A stretch of DNA of 63,676 nt, the filler included, from Actinobacteria bacterium UBA7524 (GTDB lineage: Bacteria; Actinomycetota; Coriobacteriia; Anaerosomatales; UBA912): assembly GCA_002478275.1 (NCBI GenBank). It is 7 parts of 6 records of this genome, joined end to end, with 100 filler letters (N's around TTAATTAATTAA, not from the genome) between each part and the next. Parts side by side here need not be neighbours in the genome. Positions count along the whole stretch, not along the records: positions 49,182 to 54,263 come from DLMY01000040.1; positions 54,364 to 59,883 come from DLMY01000018.1; positions 59,984 to 63,676 come from DLMY01000041.1; 4 more parts are not named here. One strand, written 5' to 3'. The translations under genes were made by a program, and so were the position numbers. Shown one piece after another: positions 49,287 through 61,504 of this stretch. The notes below the pieces were generated by a model. It had not been told where the DNA came from, made no database searches, and saw nothing but the letters and a program-made list of their open reading frames with translations. Positions within the stretch are counted from its first letter, which is position 1. Each line of letters opens with the position of its first letter.

Positions 49287-51841
49287 CTATCCGTACGCTT
49301 CCACCGCCTCTTCCCTCGCCACCACGGTGTCATACAGACCGTAATGCGTCAGCCCGGGATGACTGTCGATCCCTGTGTAGCGCAGCGACGCATCCTCATA
49401 TCGGCGAAACGCGAACACAGCCTGGTTCATGCGCTCTGTGTTGAACACCCTCAGCTGAACAAGTAGGTGGAAGTCCTTGACCGTAAGGCCGGTGACCGCG
49501 AGGAACAACTCCGGCTCGAGCTTGGTGATGACGTCCTGGAGCGTGTTCTCGCGAAAGTCGGTCAGGTACATGAACGCGGGAATCCGCGTAGCGAACTTGA
49601 TCAGCTTCTCCTGGACGAGCTTCCGCTTGGACTTGTACTCCTTCTCCTCGTCCGTCAGTTCCCGCTTCTCTTTCGCCGTCAACGTGCCATCTTTCGCCTT
49701 GTTCTTGAGCTCCTTGATCTTGTCGCTCTGGTTGATGATCGTCTCGATGACGTTGTCGCCGAGAGCGCGCCAGCCCTCGATGCGCTCAACGGCGGCCATC
49801 GCCTCTGGGTTGTCCAAGATGCGCCGAAGGGTGTCGTTATCGACATTGACGAGCAGCGCCGACTCCCACTTGCGGGCAAGCAGCGTGCCCGAGGTGCCCG
49901 CCATCGCGATATCGAGAATACTGCCTGCGTCAACCGCCACCATGTTGGCGCCGTCGTAAGCCAGGACGGGCAGGAAGGAGACGAGGTCTCTGACCGCGTT
50001 CTCCGGGTTCGTCTCATTCGGCGAGAGGCCCAGCCCATACTCGGACAGCTGCCGCAGCGCCCGGGTCGGCGCGAAGTCGAACACGAAGCAGATCGGCTTC
50101 AGGATCTCTTCTTCGTTCGGGTCGTCGCCGTTGGGATTCTTGATCGCCCATGGCGACTGCACGCGGAACGCGGCCTGGAAGTACGTCTCCGGTGACGTGA
50201 GATTCCTGAGCATCAGGATGGAAGACCACTGCGGCACCGTCACGCCGGTCGTCAGCTTGCCGCACGACAGCGTGATGGTCTTCGTGTCGAATCCGCTGCC
50301 GATCGCAGCGCGCACGGGCGGCAACGCATCCAGACCTATGCCCGCCGAAGCCCCCGCCGCCACCACGACCTTGTAGTCGTGCCAGAAGGTGTTGTGTCTC
50401 GCAGCCAGCAGGTTCGCCATCGCGTGACAAGCCGCGACATTCGGCATGAACCAGAACGAGTGCTGCAAGTACGGCAACAGACGCACATCTGAGTACGGCC
50501 AGGGCGGTCGGGTTGCAGTCCTCAGGGCATCCACGGTCTGAGGCATGTATGCCCCCCGGATGATATCGAGCCACTTCTGTACCGCATCTTCGTGCTCGAA
50601 CCGAGCGGTGGCTCCTGCACCCGTGGCTGCGAAGAACGCGTTGAGGTCGAACTCGTCGAACTCCCCCGTGCTCGCGATGGCCAACAGCTCGTCGGGCATC
50701 TGGTACGTGAGCAAGCGCATTTCCGGCAGAGCCGCATAAAGGTTCCACTCACCGGGGTGCTTCGACGCGAACTCTTCTTTGGCGCGCTGTTCGTCCGTGT
50801 ACGTCCAGTTGAAGATCTGCTCTTCGATGAACTCACCGGTTGCCAGTGCGCGAAACGGTGTCCCTGAGAGGTACAGATACGCCTTCGTGGTGATAGGCAG
50901 GAACTCGGTCTCCTTCTCCGAGAGCGTGCTGAGATCCTCGTTCACCACCTCAAGACCTGAAGCGTACTCGAGGCTGGTCTCCCTCTTGGCGACCTCCTCG
51001 TCCTCGCCCTCGAAGAGCTCCTTCGCGGTGTCGCGCCAGGCTCCGAAGTGGTACTCGTCGAAGACCACGAGATCCCATTCCACCTTGTGGAGCCACTGGT
51101 TCTTGGGCTTGATGTTGCCAGCATCGTCGCGACCGAGGAGGTCTTGGAACGAGCCGAAGTAGACCAACGGCGTCCTGCGATCGACCTTGCTGGGGTCGAG
51201 ATCGGAATGGCGCGACATGTACAGCCATCCGTCAAAATCCGCGTGCGTCTCTAGATCCGTGCGCCACGCGTCCTCGACGGCCGGCTTGAACGTCACCACG
51301 AGCACACGCCTCGCACCGAGCTTCTTGGCCAGCTGGTACGTGGTGAAGGTCTTGCCGAAGCGCATCTTCGCGTTCCACAGGAAGCGTGGAACCGCGTGCA
51401 TATCCTCGGCCCAGACAGAGTGGAAGTACGCGTGGGTCTTTTCCACGGCCTCGGCCTGCTCGCGACGCATCTGAAACGTCTCGTGGTGGGTGCCGGTGAA
51501 CTGCTGGCCAGTGCGCAACTCGACCAGCACGGTGCGCACGTCAGCGACCGAACACCGCACCCACTCCAGCTCGACGCGCTCGAAACCCTTCTTGACGAGA
51601 GCCGCACGCACGTCGTGGTCGCTGAACACCGTACCGTCATCGCGCTCGGCGGGTTCGTCGATCTCGATCCGGTAGTTCTTGATGGCGGCCGTCTTGACCT
51701 GCTCGGCGATGCGCTGTTTGACGTCGCGGGTGGTCTGTCCGATCTTAAGCAGCCCTCTGTGCGCCTCATCGTCGATCGAGTACGCGTAGATGCGCGGTCG
51801 CGCCTTGGGCTTGGGCGCGAGGATCTCTTCGATAGAGCGGC

Positions 51842-51845
<4 letters not shown>
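49287..51845 (-). CDS. GIY-YIG (T5orf172-like) nuclease fused to a SF2/ResIII-type helicase domain; putative restriction subunit
   Basis: N-terminal RIYAY...LKIGQT.R.V.QRI..Q...EW; Walker A variant NAKMRFGKT; Walker B DEYH; LSGTP; YFQAAFRVQ. ATGA-coupled to the upstream MTase. Confidence 0.85.
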
Positions 51846-53460
<1,615 letters not shown>

Positions 53461-53464
<4 letters not shown>

Positions 53465-54117
53465 TCTGCCTCCACTGGGTCATCCGACGCAGACACACGG
53501 GCCAGCTCGCGAACCGTCATCGGCGGGTAGGTCTTGATGGGCACGAAGATGTCGTGCCTGGCCAGATCGGCGAAGAGCGTGCCCTCCTGACTGAACGCCG
53601 CTGATTGAGCCAGAGCGTCAAGCCGAAAATCGCGTCGCTGGAACTTGCCCTTCCCGAGGTAACCCCATTCAGCAAAGGAGATAGGCTGATCATCGATGGT
53701 GCGCATCGACAGCGCATCGCCGTGGACGAGGTTCTGCGACAGCACATACGAGGCAGCGCCGTAGAGGTCATCTGATTCCTCGAGCTGCAGATAGCTGGAT
53801 AGGACCTCGAGCATGTTGGCGCGACACTCGGTGATGTTGTCCTCGAGGAGCTCGATCCCGTAGCAGCACATGAGGGCGAGTAGGGCGTAGTGACGCCTCT
53901 CATAGTCGGACCTGCCGAACTTACTCTCGACAGCTTCAAACTTGCGCTGCAACACACGGACGAGGAAGTTGCCACTGCCACATGCAGGTTCAAGGAAGCG
54001 CGAGTCAATCCGCTCGGTTTCGCCTCTAACGAGGTCAAGCATCGCACCAACGAGCCACGGGGGCGTGAAGACCTCCCCGTGGTCGGCGACGCGCTGCTTC
54101 GACTTGATCAGGTTCAT
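53461..54117 (-). CDS. Small N-6 DNA methylase-like subunit (motif I only)
   Basis: HGEVFTP, FLEPACGSGNF and YGIEL; no NPPY/DPPY; GTGA-coupled to the next gene. Confidence 0.85.
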
Positions 54118-54240
54118 ACGCCCATTGTATTCGAGGGGCTGACGTTCGCTCGAGGAGCTGATTGAGCGCGGAAGTCAGCACTTATGCGCCTTCAGCGGCG
54201 GCAGAGGTCGATACTCATGCACTGACAATGCGCTGAATGG

Positions 54241-54263
54241 GGCTAACGCTCTTGGGCGTAACC
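54241..54263 (-). mobile_element. Right half of the preceding attC site (cut by the scaffold end)
   Basis: Minus strand GGTTACG-CCCAAGAGC-GTTAGCC, with the same 9-nt L'-R' spacer pattern as the 49196 attC. Confidence 0.65.
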
Positions 54264-54363
54264 NNNNNNNNNNNNNNNNNNNNNNNNNNNNNNNNNNNNN
54301 NNNNNNNTTAATTAATTAANNNNNNNNNNNNNNNNNNNNNNNNNNNNNNNNNNNNNNNNNNNN

Positions 54364-55330
54364 TGCGGATCTGGCTGCCGAAGGTGATGTCCTTCTTCTC
54401 GCCGCGAAGCGCGTCGAGTTCCTCGCGGCGCTTCTGCTCTTCGAGCTCGTAGAGGCGCGAGCGCAGGATCGTCATCGCGGTCTCTTTGTTCTTGATCTGG
54501 CTCTTCTCGTTCTGGCAGGTCACAACGATGCCTGTCGGGATGTGCGTGATGCGCACCGCCGAGTCGGTGGTGTTGACCGACTGCCCGCCGGGGCCGCTCG
54601 AGCGGTAGACGTCGATGCGCAGGTCCTCGTCGCGCATGTCGACCTCGATGTCTTGCGGCAACACGGGCAGGACCTCGACACCGGCGAAGGTGGTCTGGCG
54701 GCGCTTCTTCTCGTCGGTCGGGCTGATGCGCACGAGACGATGCACGCCCGCTTCCGAGGAGAGCATGCCGTAGGCGTTACGGCCATGCACGGTGAAGACC
54801 GCCCGGTCGATGCCGAGCTCCACACCTTCCGGCGCGTCGTGGATGTCGATCTTCCAGCGCTTGGACTCCGCGTACTTCGAGTACATCTTGAGCAGCATCT
54901 CGGTCCAGTCCTGCGCTTCAAGCCCGCCCTGGCCGGGCAGGATCGTGAGAATCGCATCACCGGCGTCGAACTCGCCGGAGAACCACGTGTCGACCTCGAG
55001 TGCGTCCAGGCTCTTGGCGAGAGCCGTGAGGGAGGAAGCGACCTCCTCGGCCATGCTCTCGTCGTTCTCGGAGAGCGCGAGCTCGTTGGCCACCTCGACG
55101 TCCTCGATGGTCGCGCGCGCCGATTCGTAGTTCGCGATCTCGTCTTTGAGCGCCGAAAGCCTCGCCATCGCCGTCTGCGCGGTCTGCTGGTCGTCCCAGA
55201 ATCCAGGCGCGCCGGACGCCTCCTCGAGCGAGGCTATCTCGGTTCGCTTGGCATCAAGGTGCAGGTACTCGGCCATGCGCTCGATGCGCTTGGCGAACGC
55301 CTGGATGTCGTTGGTGCGATCTTGGATCAT
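54364..55330 (-). CDS. prfB: Peptide chain release factor 2, 3' truncated
   Basis: [21 protein letters not shown] and [17 protein letters not shown]; continuous frame with no +1 frameshift. Confidence 0.95.
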
Positions 55331-55536
55331 GGTGCTCTCTGGCGCACTTGGCGCGGGCCGGGACGGTACAGGGCACACGGATTGTAGCACGCATGCGGGG
55401 GCGGTAGCGGGGAGGCCCGAACGTGGCGTGATGAGCTGCGATGGGCATCAACTACGTAGCTTTCGCGCAGTGCGCGTCAGGGGGCGGATGTTCGTTCGAT
55501 GTGGGTCGCGTGCGCGGGGACAGGAGGCCGATACGG

Positions 55537-56346
55537 GTGAGCAGGCGTGGGCCGACATTCGCGCTGGTATGCGCTGTGGCGTGCGCGCTGCTGACGCTCG
55601 TGTGCGCGACCGGGTGCCGGGATAGCGAGGACGCGAGCGGTGAGGGCGGGATCAGCATCGCCGAGGAGACCGTGACGGCCGTGGGAGCGGGCGCGGATGC
55701 GAGCGCGGACAGCACAGCGGTGCTCGCGCTCGGCGTCGAGGCGATCGACTTCGGCAGGATCGCGCAGGACGAGGTGGTCGAGAGCCGGGTGATCGTCACG
55801 AACGTCGGCGACGGGGATCTGGTGATCTCGCGCGTCAGCTCGAATTGAGGTTGCCTCACCGGGCTGGTCAGCACCACGACAGTGCCGCCGGGCGAAACGG
55901 CGGATCTCGAGCTTGCGCTCGATCCTGCCGGCAAGTTCGGCGAGACGACCAAACTGCTGAAGGTGTACTCGAACGACCCTGCCTCCCCGGTCACGGAGTT
56001 GCCCGTCCGAGCGATGGTGCTGCACGGCGTCGACCCGGGCTCGACGCTGTCGGTGGAGGAGGCGCTGTTCGGCCAGGCCCAGTGCGCACGCTGTCACTCG
56101 GCGCCGGCCCGCGACCTGACCGGTGAAGCGCTGTACGAAGCCGTGTGCGAGATGTGCCACGGGCCGCTGGCACAGTACGCGCAATCGATCCCTGTCGATC
56201 GTCGCTCGCGCGAAGCGCTTCACCGATGGACAGCGTACGGACAGGACGGCACGAGCATGCCGGGTTACCTCTACGCGCACGGGGGACCGCTCTCCTCGGC
56301 ACAGGTCGAATCGCTGGTGACACTTATGAGTGGTGTGGTGGAGTGA
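55537..56346 (+). CDS. Predicted selenoprotein: DUF1573-like Ig domain (U-G-C motif) fused to a di-heme cytochrome c, lipoprotein
   Basis: AGGAGG plus GTG at 55537; lipobox ATGC; IDFG.I...VTNVGDGDLVISRVSSN-TGA-GC continues in frame to CARCH, CEMCH and MPGY. Confidence 0.8.
55861..55875 (+). promoter_or_regulatory. Bacterial SECIS-like hairpin
   Basis: GG-GCUG-GU-CAGC-A-CC starts 12 nt after the in-frame UGA (55846-55848); same layout as the E. coli fdhF SECIS upper stem. Confidence 0.65.
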
Positions 56347-56356
56347 GGGGTTGCCC

Positions 56357-59300
56357 TCACTCCACGAGCTTAGCCACCTCGTCTCGCACTCCCTGACTCA
56401 CGGCTGCCGTGCCGCCGATGAAGTACACGGAGTGTATGTCTGCCTTGTGCGTGGTCAGCCGCGTGCGTGCGACCTCGACCAGGCTCGTCTGCTTGGTCAG
56501 CAGCAACACGGAGCCGGCGCGTCCGAGCATCGCCCCTCCGGACAGCGCATCGGGAAACGCCATGCCTGTGGCGATGCCCACGCCGTCCCAGTGCATGCCG
56601 AGTCCAACGCCGTGATCGGCGATCTTGGCCGCCGTGTCGTAGCGGTCCTTGCCACCCACACGCACGACGTTGGCCGAGCCCAGTGCGGTGCGCACCGCCG
56701 ACTCGGTCGCAGGTGTCACGGCCGCCTCGCCGCCCAGGATCGTGGCGCGCTTGACCGCTGTGGGCAGGTAGGGCGCCGCATCGGGCTTGGCGAGCAGTAT
56801 CGGACGTGCCGAGGACGCGGCGAGCGGTGAGGCTCCAAGTGCATCGGGGAAGTTGGCCCCGGTGGCCACGAACGCGTCACCGGAGTAGCCGCCGCCCTTG
56901 ATGCGGATGACCTCGTCGGCGACCTTGTTGGCCGTGGCGTAACGAGTGGGACCGAAGATGCGGGTCACCTTGCCGCTGAGCTTGGCATCCAGGCTGTCTT
57001 GGACCTGCTGGGAGACGGCCGCGGTGCCACCGAGCACGTAGGCGTCGGTAGCGCCGAGACGGGTGAGCTCGGTGACGACCGCATCAGGCAGCGAGGTCGG
57101 CTTGACGAGCAGGAGCGGACCGTCCACAGCACCGGCCAGCGCCGAGCCGCCAAGGGCGTCGGGCCAGTTGGCGCCCGTGGCGATGACCACGGTGGAAGCA
57201 CCGGCGGGATAGGCCTCCTTGGAGGCTTCGACCGCCGTCTTGTAGCGGTCAGCGCCCGCGATGGGCACGAACTCGCACGGCGCGGCGGTGACCGTGAACT
57301 GCCTGGTGCGCGTACCAGCATCTCCGTCCTTGTCGGTCACCGTGCAGGTGACCGTGTACGTGCCGGCGGCGGCGTAGGTGTGAGAGCCGGTCACCGTGCC
57401 GTTGCCGCCAGCCTCGCTGACCGCCCCGGCTCCGCTCGTACCGTCACCCCAGGTCCACTGTGCCGTGTGTGTGTCGAGACTACCCGGATCCGTGAACGGA
57501 GCGGAGAACTGGACGAGCGTACCGGCCACAGGGGCCGGGTCCGACATGACGACAGGCGAGACCGTCGGCTTGACGTTGGTGACCGTGACTTGTATCGAGT
57601 CGGTGCCGGTGCCGCCGTCGTCATCCGCGACCGTGACGGTGACGGTGTAGGTGCCGTCGTCGGCGTAGGTGTGGGATGGCTGCACGTTGCCCGAGGTCTC
57701 CTCGGCAGGGCGGATCGGTTCGGACTTCGACTCTTCGCTGCCGTCACCCCAGTCGACCGTGACGGTATGGGTGTCTTCCAGGCCCTGATCGCCGAACTCC
57801 ACGTCCAGGGTGAGTTGCGAGCCTTCGGTTGCGGCGTCTGGGGGCACGACGACTACCCGGGGCTCGGAGTTCGCGACGGTGACGGTCGCCGTGTCTTCGT
57901 GAGTCAGGCCGCCATCATCGGTGACGCGCAGGCGGATCTCATACTCTCCGTCGTCTGGGAACGTCACTTCAGTGACCTCTCCAGAGGCGTCATCGAACTG
58001 GCCGTCGCCATCCAGGTCCCACTCCCAGGACTCTATCCAGCCCCCGGGTTCGTTCGGGTCGCTTGATGCGGACCCGTCAATCTCGACAGCGGCCCCCTCC
58101 GTCGCGAAGTAGGGTCCCCCAGCATCCGCTACGGGTGGCGTGTTGAGCACCGTGACAGCAAGCGAGCGCACGTTGTTGGCCTCGTTGCTCTCGTCGACCA
58201 CATCAGGCGCGTCTGCAACAGCAAGCAAGTGATACTCCCCGGGAGGAACTGTGGCAGGCACCGTCAGCGTCGTGCTCCGCGAGCTAACTGCGGTGTCAGG
58301 CGCCGTGGAATGGGGGGTCAAAGCAGGCAGACTGCGGGTTCCCAGCAGCAGGTCATCGCTCTCATCGAAGAGGGTGTCCTCGGACAGGTAGAACGCGACT
58401 GTCGTCTCCGAGCTCATTGAACCGCCGGTATTCACGAAGGTATCGTCATACCGGTAGCTCTGTCCCACCTCGACTGGCCCAAACCCGACCAGCGCCGAAG
58501 CGACAAGGTCGGGCTTGCCGATAACCACCGCCTGGATCGTATGGGTGTTGTTTCCCTCATTCGACTCATCGACGACGTCTGCGGCATCGACCTCGAGAAG
58601 CAGGTAGTAGATGCCCGGAGGTGCTGCAACCGGCAACTGAGCATAGAAGAGCGGGGACGTACTCGACTGCTGATTGACCAAGGGCAATGCGTGGTCATAC
58701 AACACCACGTCATCGACATCCACAAGCGTGTCAGCGGAAAGGTACAGCCGCAACGTACAGGCCTGCGATTGCGAGCCGCCGTTGTTGTTTACCGTGGGGT
58801 ACACGTAGAAGATCCCACCAGCGACGCTCCCGGCGTCCGAAGAAGCGCCTGTGATCCTCAAGTCGGGCTTGGAGATCGTGACGGGCGACGAAATGACGTA
58901 GACGTTGTTGCTTTCGTTCGACTCGTCTACGACGTTTAACACATCGATCTCAAGGATAAGGTAGTAAGTTCCTGGAGCTGTTGCCACGGGTATCGATGCC
59001 GAGTAGCCTGGATACACAGAGGACTGAGCGTACAACGACGTGAAGGAGTAGTCGCCCAGTACAGTGTCACCTGCATCGACGATCCCGTCGGTTGACAGGT
59101 AGAGCCTCAACGTACACGGACCCGACGTGGAGCCGCCGTTGTTGTTTATTGTGGCTCCGACGGTGAAGCTGGTACCAGCGATGCTACCAGCGTTCGAAGA
59201 ACCGGCTGTTATCCTCAAGTCAGGCTTTCCGATGACCATGGCACCGGAGCTACGGGTGTTGTTGGATTCGTTGCTTTCCGCGACGCTGTTGGTTATATCC

Positions 59301-59683
59301 GCTACCACTATGATGTAGTACGTCCCCGCCGAAGTGGCTACACCGATGTTCACCGTGGTGTTCTCTGTAGTTGTTCCCCCGGCTGCAAGCGAACCGACCA
59401 CCCTTGTTGCCAGCAGCTGGTCACCCCCATCGAAAACAGTGTCGGCGGAAAGGTACAGACCCACCAGGAACCCCCCGGTAGGTGTGTCTCCCTGGTTGTA
59501 CACTTGGTTGCCGACCGTGATCGACTGGCCGGCATAGCAGGTCGGAGGTATGGCGACCTGTGTCACCACCAGATCAGGCCCTACGGCCGCTGAGGCCTCC
59601 TGCGTAGGCGCCAGCACCGCCAATGCACACAGCACGACAACGACCAGCGCATAGCAATAGATCGTACGCGACTGCTTGACCAT
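56357..59683 (-). CDS. Cell-surface protein with 4 CARDB, 3 PKD and 3 cell_wall_binding_2 repeats
   Basis: Signal peptide; PDL...YLS.D...GTYY....D....V.ESNE.NN x4; PKD VDWGDG/HTYADDG; IAGADRYKTA, ATGANWPDAL and ATGANFPDAL. Confidence 0.9.
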   Translation of the reverse strand: MVKQSRTIYCYALVVVVLCALAVLAPTQEASAAVGPDLVVTQVAIPPTCYAGQSITVGNQVYNQGDTPTGGFLVGLYLSADTVFDGGDQLLATRVVGSLAAGGTTTENTTVNIGVATSAGTYYIIVVADITNSVAESNESNNTRSSGAMVIGKPDLRITAGSSNAGSIAGTSFTVGATINNNGGSTSGPCTLRLYLSTDGIVDAGDTVLGDYSFTSLYAQSSVYPGYSASIPVATAPGTYYLILEIDVLNVVDESNESNNVYVISSPVTISKPDLRITGASSDAGSVAGGIFYVYPTVNNNGGSQSQACTLRLYLSADTLVDVDDVVLYDHALPLVNQQSSTSPLFYAQLPVAAPPGIYYLLLEVDAADVVDESNEGNNTHTIQAVVIGKPDLVASALVGFGPVEVGQSYRYDDTFVNTGGSMSSETTVAFYLSEDTLFDESDDLLLGTRSLPALTPHSTAPDTAVSSRSTTLTVPATVPPGEYHLLAVADAPDVVDESNEANNVRSLAVTVLNTPPVADAGGPYFATEGAAVEIDGSASSDPNEPGGWIESWEWDLDGDGQFDDASGEVTEVTFPDDGEYEIRLRVTDDGGLTHEDTATVTVANSEPRVVVVPPDAATEGSQLTLDVEFGDQGLEDTHTVTVDWGDGSEESKSEPIRPAEETSGNVQPSHTYADDGTYTVTVTVADDDGGTGTDSIQVTVTNVKPTVSPVVMSDPAPVAGTLVQFSAPFTDPGSLDTHTAQWTWGDGTSGAGAVSEAGGNGTVTGSHTYAAAGTYTVTCTVTDKDGDAGTRTRQFTVTAAPCEFVPIAGADRYKTAVEASKEAYPAGASTVVIATGANWPDALGGSALAGAVDGPLLLVKPTSLPDAVVTELTRLGATDAYVLGGTAAVSQQVQDSLDAKLSGKVTRIFGPTRYATANKVADEVIRIKGGGYSGDAFVATGANFPDALGASPLAASSARPILLAKPDAAPYLPTAVKRATILGGEAAVTPATESAVRTALGSANVVRVGGKDRYDTAAKIADHGVGLGMHWDGVGIATGMAFPDALSGGAMLGRAGSVLLLTKQTSLVEVARTRLTTHKADIHSVYFIGGTAAVSQGVRDEVAKLVE

Positions 59684-59744
59684 CCTAGGCTCCCTCCCAC
59701 TTGCGAGCTTCTCTGCCCGCCCCAGCCCCGACGCCAGCCTGTCG

Positions 59745-59778
59745 AAAGCAAAGGCCGACCCTTGGCAACGGATCGGCC
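59745..59778 (-). terminator. Intrinsic terminator ~60 nt upstream of the CWB2 gene start
   Basis: Minus strand GGCCGAUCC-GUUGCCAA-GGGUCGGCC followed by UUUGCUUU. Confidence 0.6.
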
Positions 59779-60036
59779 CCCAGACATGCGATGGAAGAAG
59801 CGAACGAAGCATCTCCCCCGCGGCATCGTCACTCCCCGTGCCCCGGCCACTCACGAACACTTGCGTGCTGGCAGGTTCATTGTNNNNNNNNNNNNNNNNN
59901 NNNNNNNNNNNNNNNNNNNNNNNNNNNTTAATTAATTAANNNNNNNNNNNNNNNNNNNNNNNNNNNNNNNNNNNNNNNNNNNNACCACTACCGGGGACGT
60001 TAACAGAGCACGTTACCTCGAGCTACTCGTTGGGTC

Positions 60037-61395
60037 CTACTTGGAGTGGTTGTGCTCTTGGAGGGACACTGCAATCCGCTGCACAACTCCCACGACCAAA
60101 GCATTCCCCATGCAGAACGCCCGTTGTGCCGGCGACATGCCGTCAGACGTCCATCCTCGGGGGAAGCCATTGAGATCCTCGAGTTCCTCGGGAGTCAAAC
60201 GCCTCAGGCGACCATCACCGCTGTCGACTATGTGCTTGAATCTCGAAGCGGATGCTCCACCCTCACCTGTAAGAATCGTACGTGAAGGACGGTCGAGCGC
60301 GTCAGGGAAGGTCATCGCCCCTTCCGAGTAGAAGTACTCGAACCCCGACCGATGCGTGCGCCTCTCCTTCTTGGACCCTTTCTGATAGGCCCATTTGTCC
60401 AGTGTGGCAGGGTCGACGAAGTACGAGGAATCGACACGCCTCGTCCTGCGCACGACATCGCCGAGGGTCCGCCTCCTGAGACCGCTTGCATCGGGACTTA
60501 GATTACCGTGAAGGCCCTGACCCCCGTACATGATGCCCGCGCTTTGAAAGGGCCCCGAGCTGCCTGGCAATCCGTACTCCTTGCTCACGAAGTACGGGAA
60601 GTGCGGGTTGGCTAGGTCATCGAGATTCCGACGGAGAAGGAAGCGGTCGAGGCCGGCGGCATCGACATCGACCAATCCGCGCTCTCGAATCGGGAGCGCT
60701 CCGGCCAGAACGCCTGACCGCAGCAGACGATCAAGTAGACGTTCCTCGAGATGCCCGCCGGACTCCTGGTCAACGCGCTGGGCGAAGATGAAGACCCGGC
60801 GCCTGCGTTGGGGGAAACCGTAGTCCGCGGCGTTGACGACCCTCCATTCGACGAGGTAGCCGAGATGCGCGAAGCAAGCGAGAATGACCGCAAAGTCACG
60901 CCCGCGCTGCACCGCCGGGGACTTCAGCAGCCTGTCAACGTTCTCAAGCAGCACGTACCGAGGGAGATCGGCGGATATGCGTTCGTGAATCTGCCACCAG
61001 AGCACGCCCTTCTTGCCCTCGATGCCCGACGCTTGTGGAAGCGGCTTCGCCACCGAGTAGTCCTGGCATGGAAAGCCACCGCAGAGCATGTCGTAATCGG
61101 GCAGCCGGTAGCGGCCGGCCTTCAGACCTTCATTGACGATCGCTATGTCCTCGTTCTCAGGGGGGAGAGTCTCGTCTGTAGCTCCGAAATGGCTGCTGTA
61201 GCACCGAAATGCGAACTGCCTGGCGAGAGTACCAGGTGGTTCCCATTGGTTGGACCAGACGACGCGGAACCCATGGTTGGGCCAGCGACGACGCTCTGCC
61301 TGCTTCGGGTGGCCTTCCAGACCGAGCCGAAAGCCTCCTACGCCGGCAAACAACTCGATGACGCGTATGTCATCCCGCTCGGTCATGGTTGACAC
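60037..61395 (-). CDS. dcm: DNA (cytosine-5)-methyltransferase, M.Sau3AI-like
   Basis: ELFAGVGGFRLGL, WSNQWEP, GGFPCQDYSVA, GKKGVLWWQI, ENVDRLLKSP, QRRRRVF and MGNALVV. Confidence 0.93.
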   Translation of the reverse strand: MSTMTERDDIRVIELFAGVGGFRLGLEGHPKQAERRRWPNHGFRVVWSNQWEPPGTLARQFAFRCYSSHFGATDETLPPENEDIAIVNEGLKAGRYRLPDYDMLCGGFPCQDYSVAKPLPQASGIEGKKGVLWWQIHERISADLPRYVLLENVDRLLKSPAVQRGRDFAVILACFAHLGYLVEWRVVNAADYGFPQRRRRVFIFAQRVDQESGGHLEERLLDRLLRSGVLAGALPIRERGLVDVDAAGLDRFLLRRNLDDLANPHFPYFVSKEYGLPGSSGPFQSAGIMYGGQGLHGNLSPDASGLRRRTLGDVVRRTRRVDSSYFVDPATLDKWAYQKGSKKERRTHRSGFEYFYSEGAMTFPDALDRPSRTILTGEGGASASRFKHIVDSGDGRLRRLTPEELEDLNGFPRGWTSDGMSPAQRAFCMGNALVVGVVQRIAVSLQEHNHSK

Positions 61396-61504
61396 CTGAT
61401 ACTCCTCTGGAGGGCCTTGGACGGATTGTAGAGGTTAGCAGTGACAGGATCAAGCGGGGAGGCGTCCCATCGCTGACCCGGTACTAGGAACAAGAACAGG
61501 GAGG

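Noticed and set aside
55240..55280. Programmed +1 frameshift site in prfB
   Set aside because: The frame is continuous (TAC CTG CAC CTT GAT) with no in-frame CTT TGA, so this is an ordinary non-frameshifting RF2.
55846..55848. TGA read as a nonsense mutation (pseudogene) or as two separate genes
   Set aside because: It falls at a Cys-motif position, the frame continues into an intact heme domain and a SECIS-like hairpin follows, so recoding is more parsimonious.
54364..56346. Functional link between RF2 (reads UGA) and the divergent UGA-recoded gene
   Set aside because: Only adjacency supports it and no shared regulatory element is seen; likely coincidental unless synteny is conserved.
59779..59883. 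c-di-GMP-II riboswitch (ACAAUGA...GGGCAC)
   Set aside because: The 3' pseudoknot and AGUGCAACC elements are missing, and the region is cut by the scaffold end.
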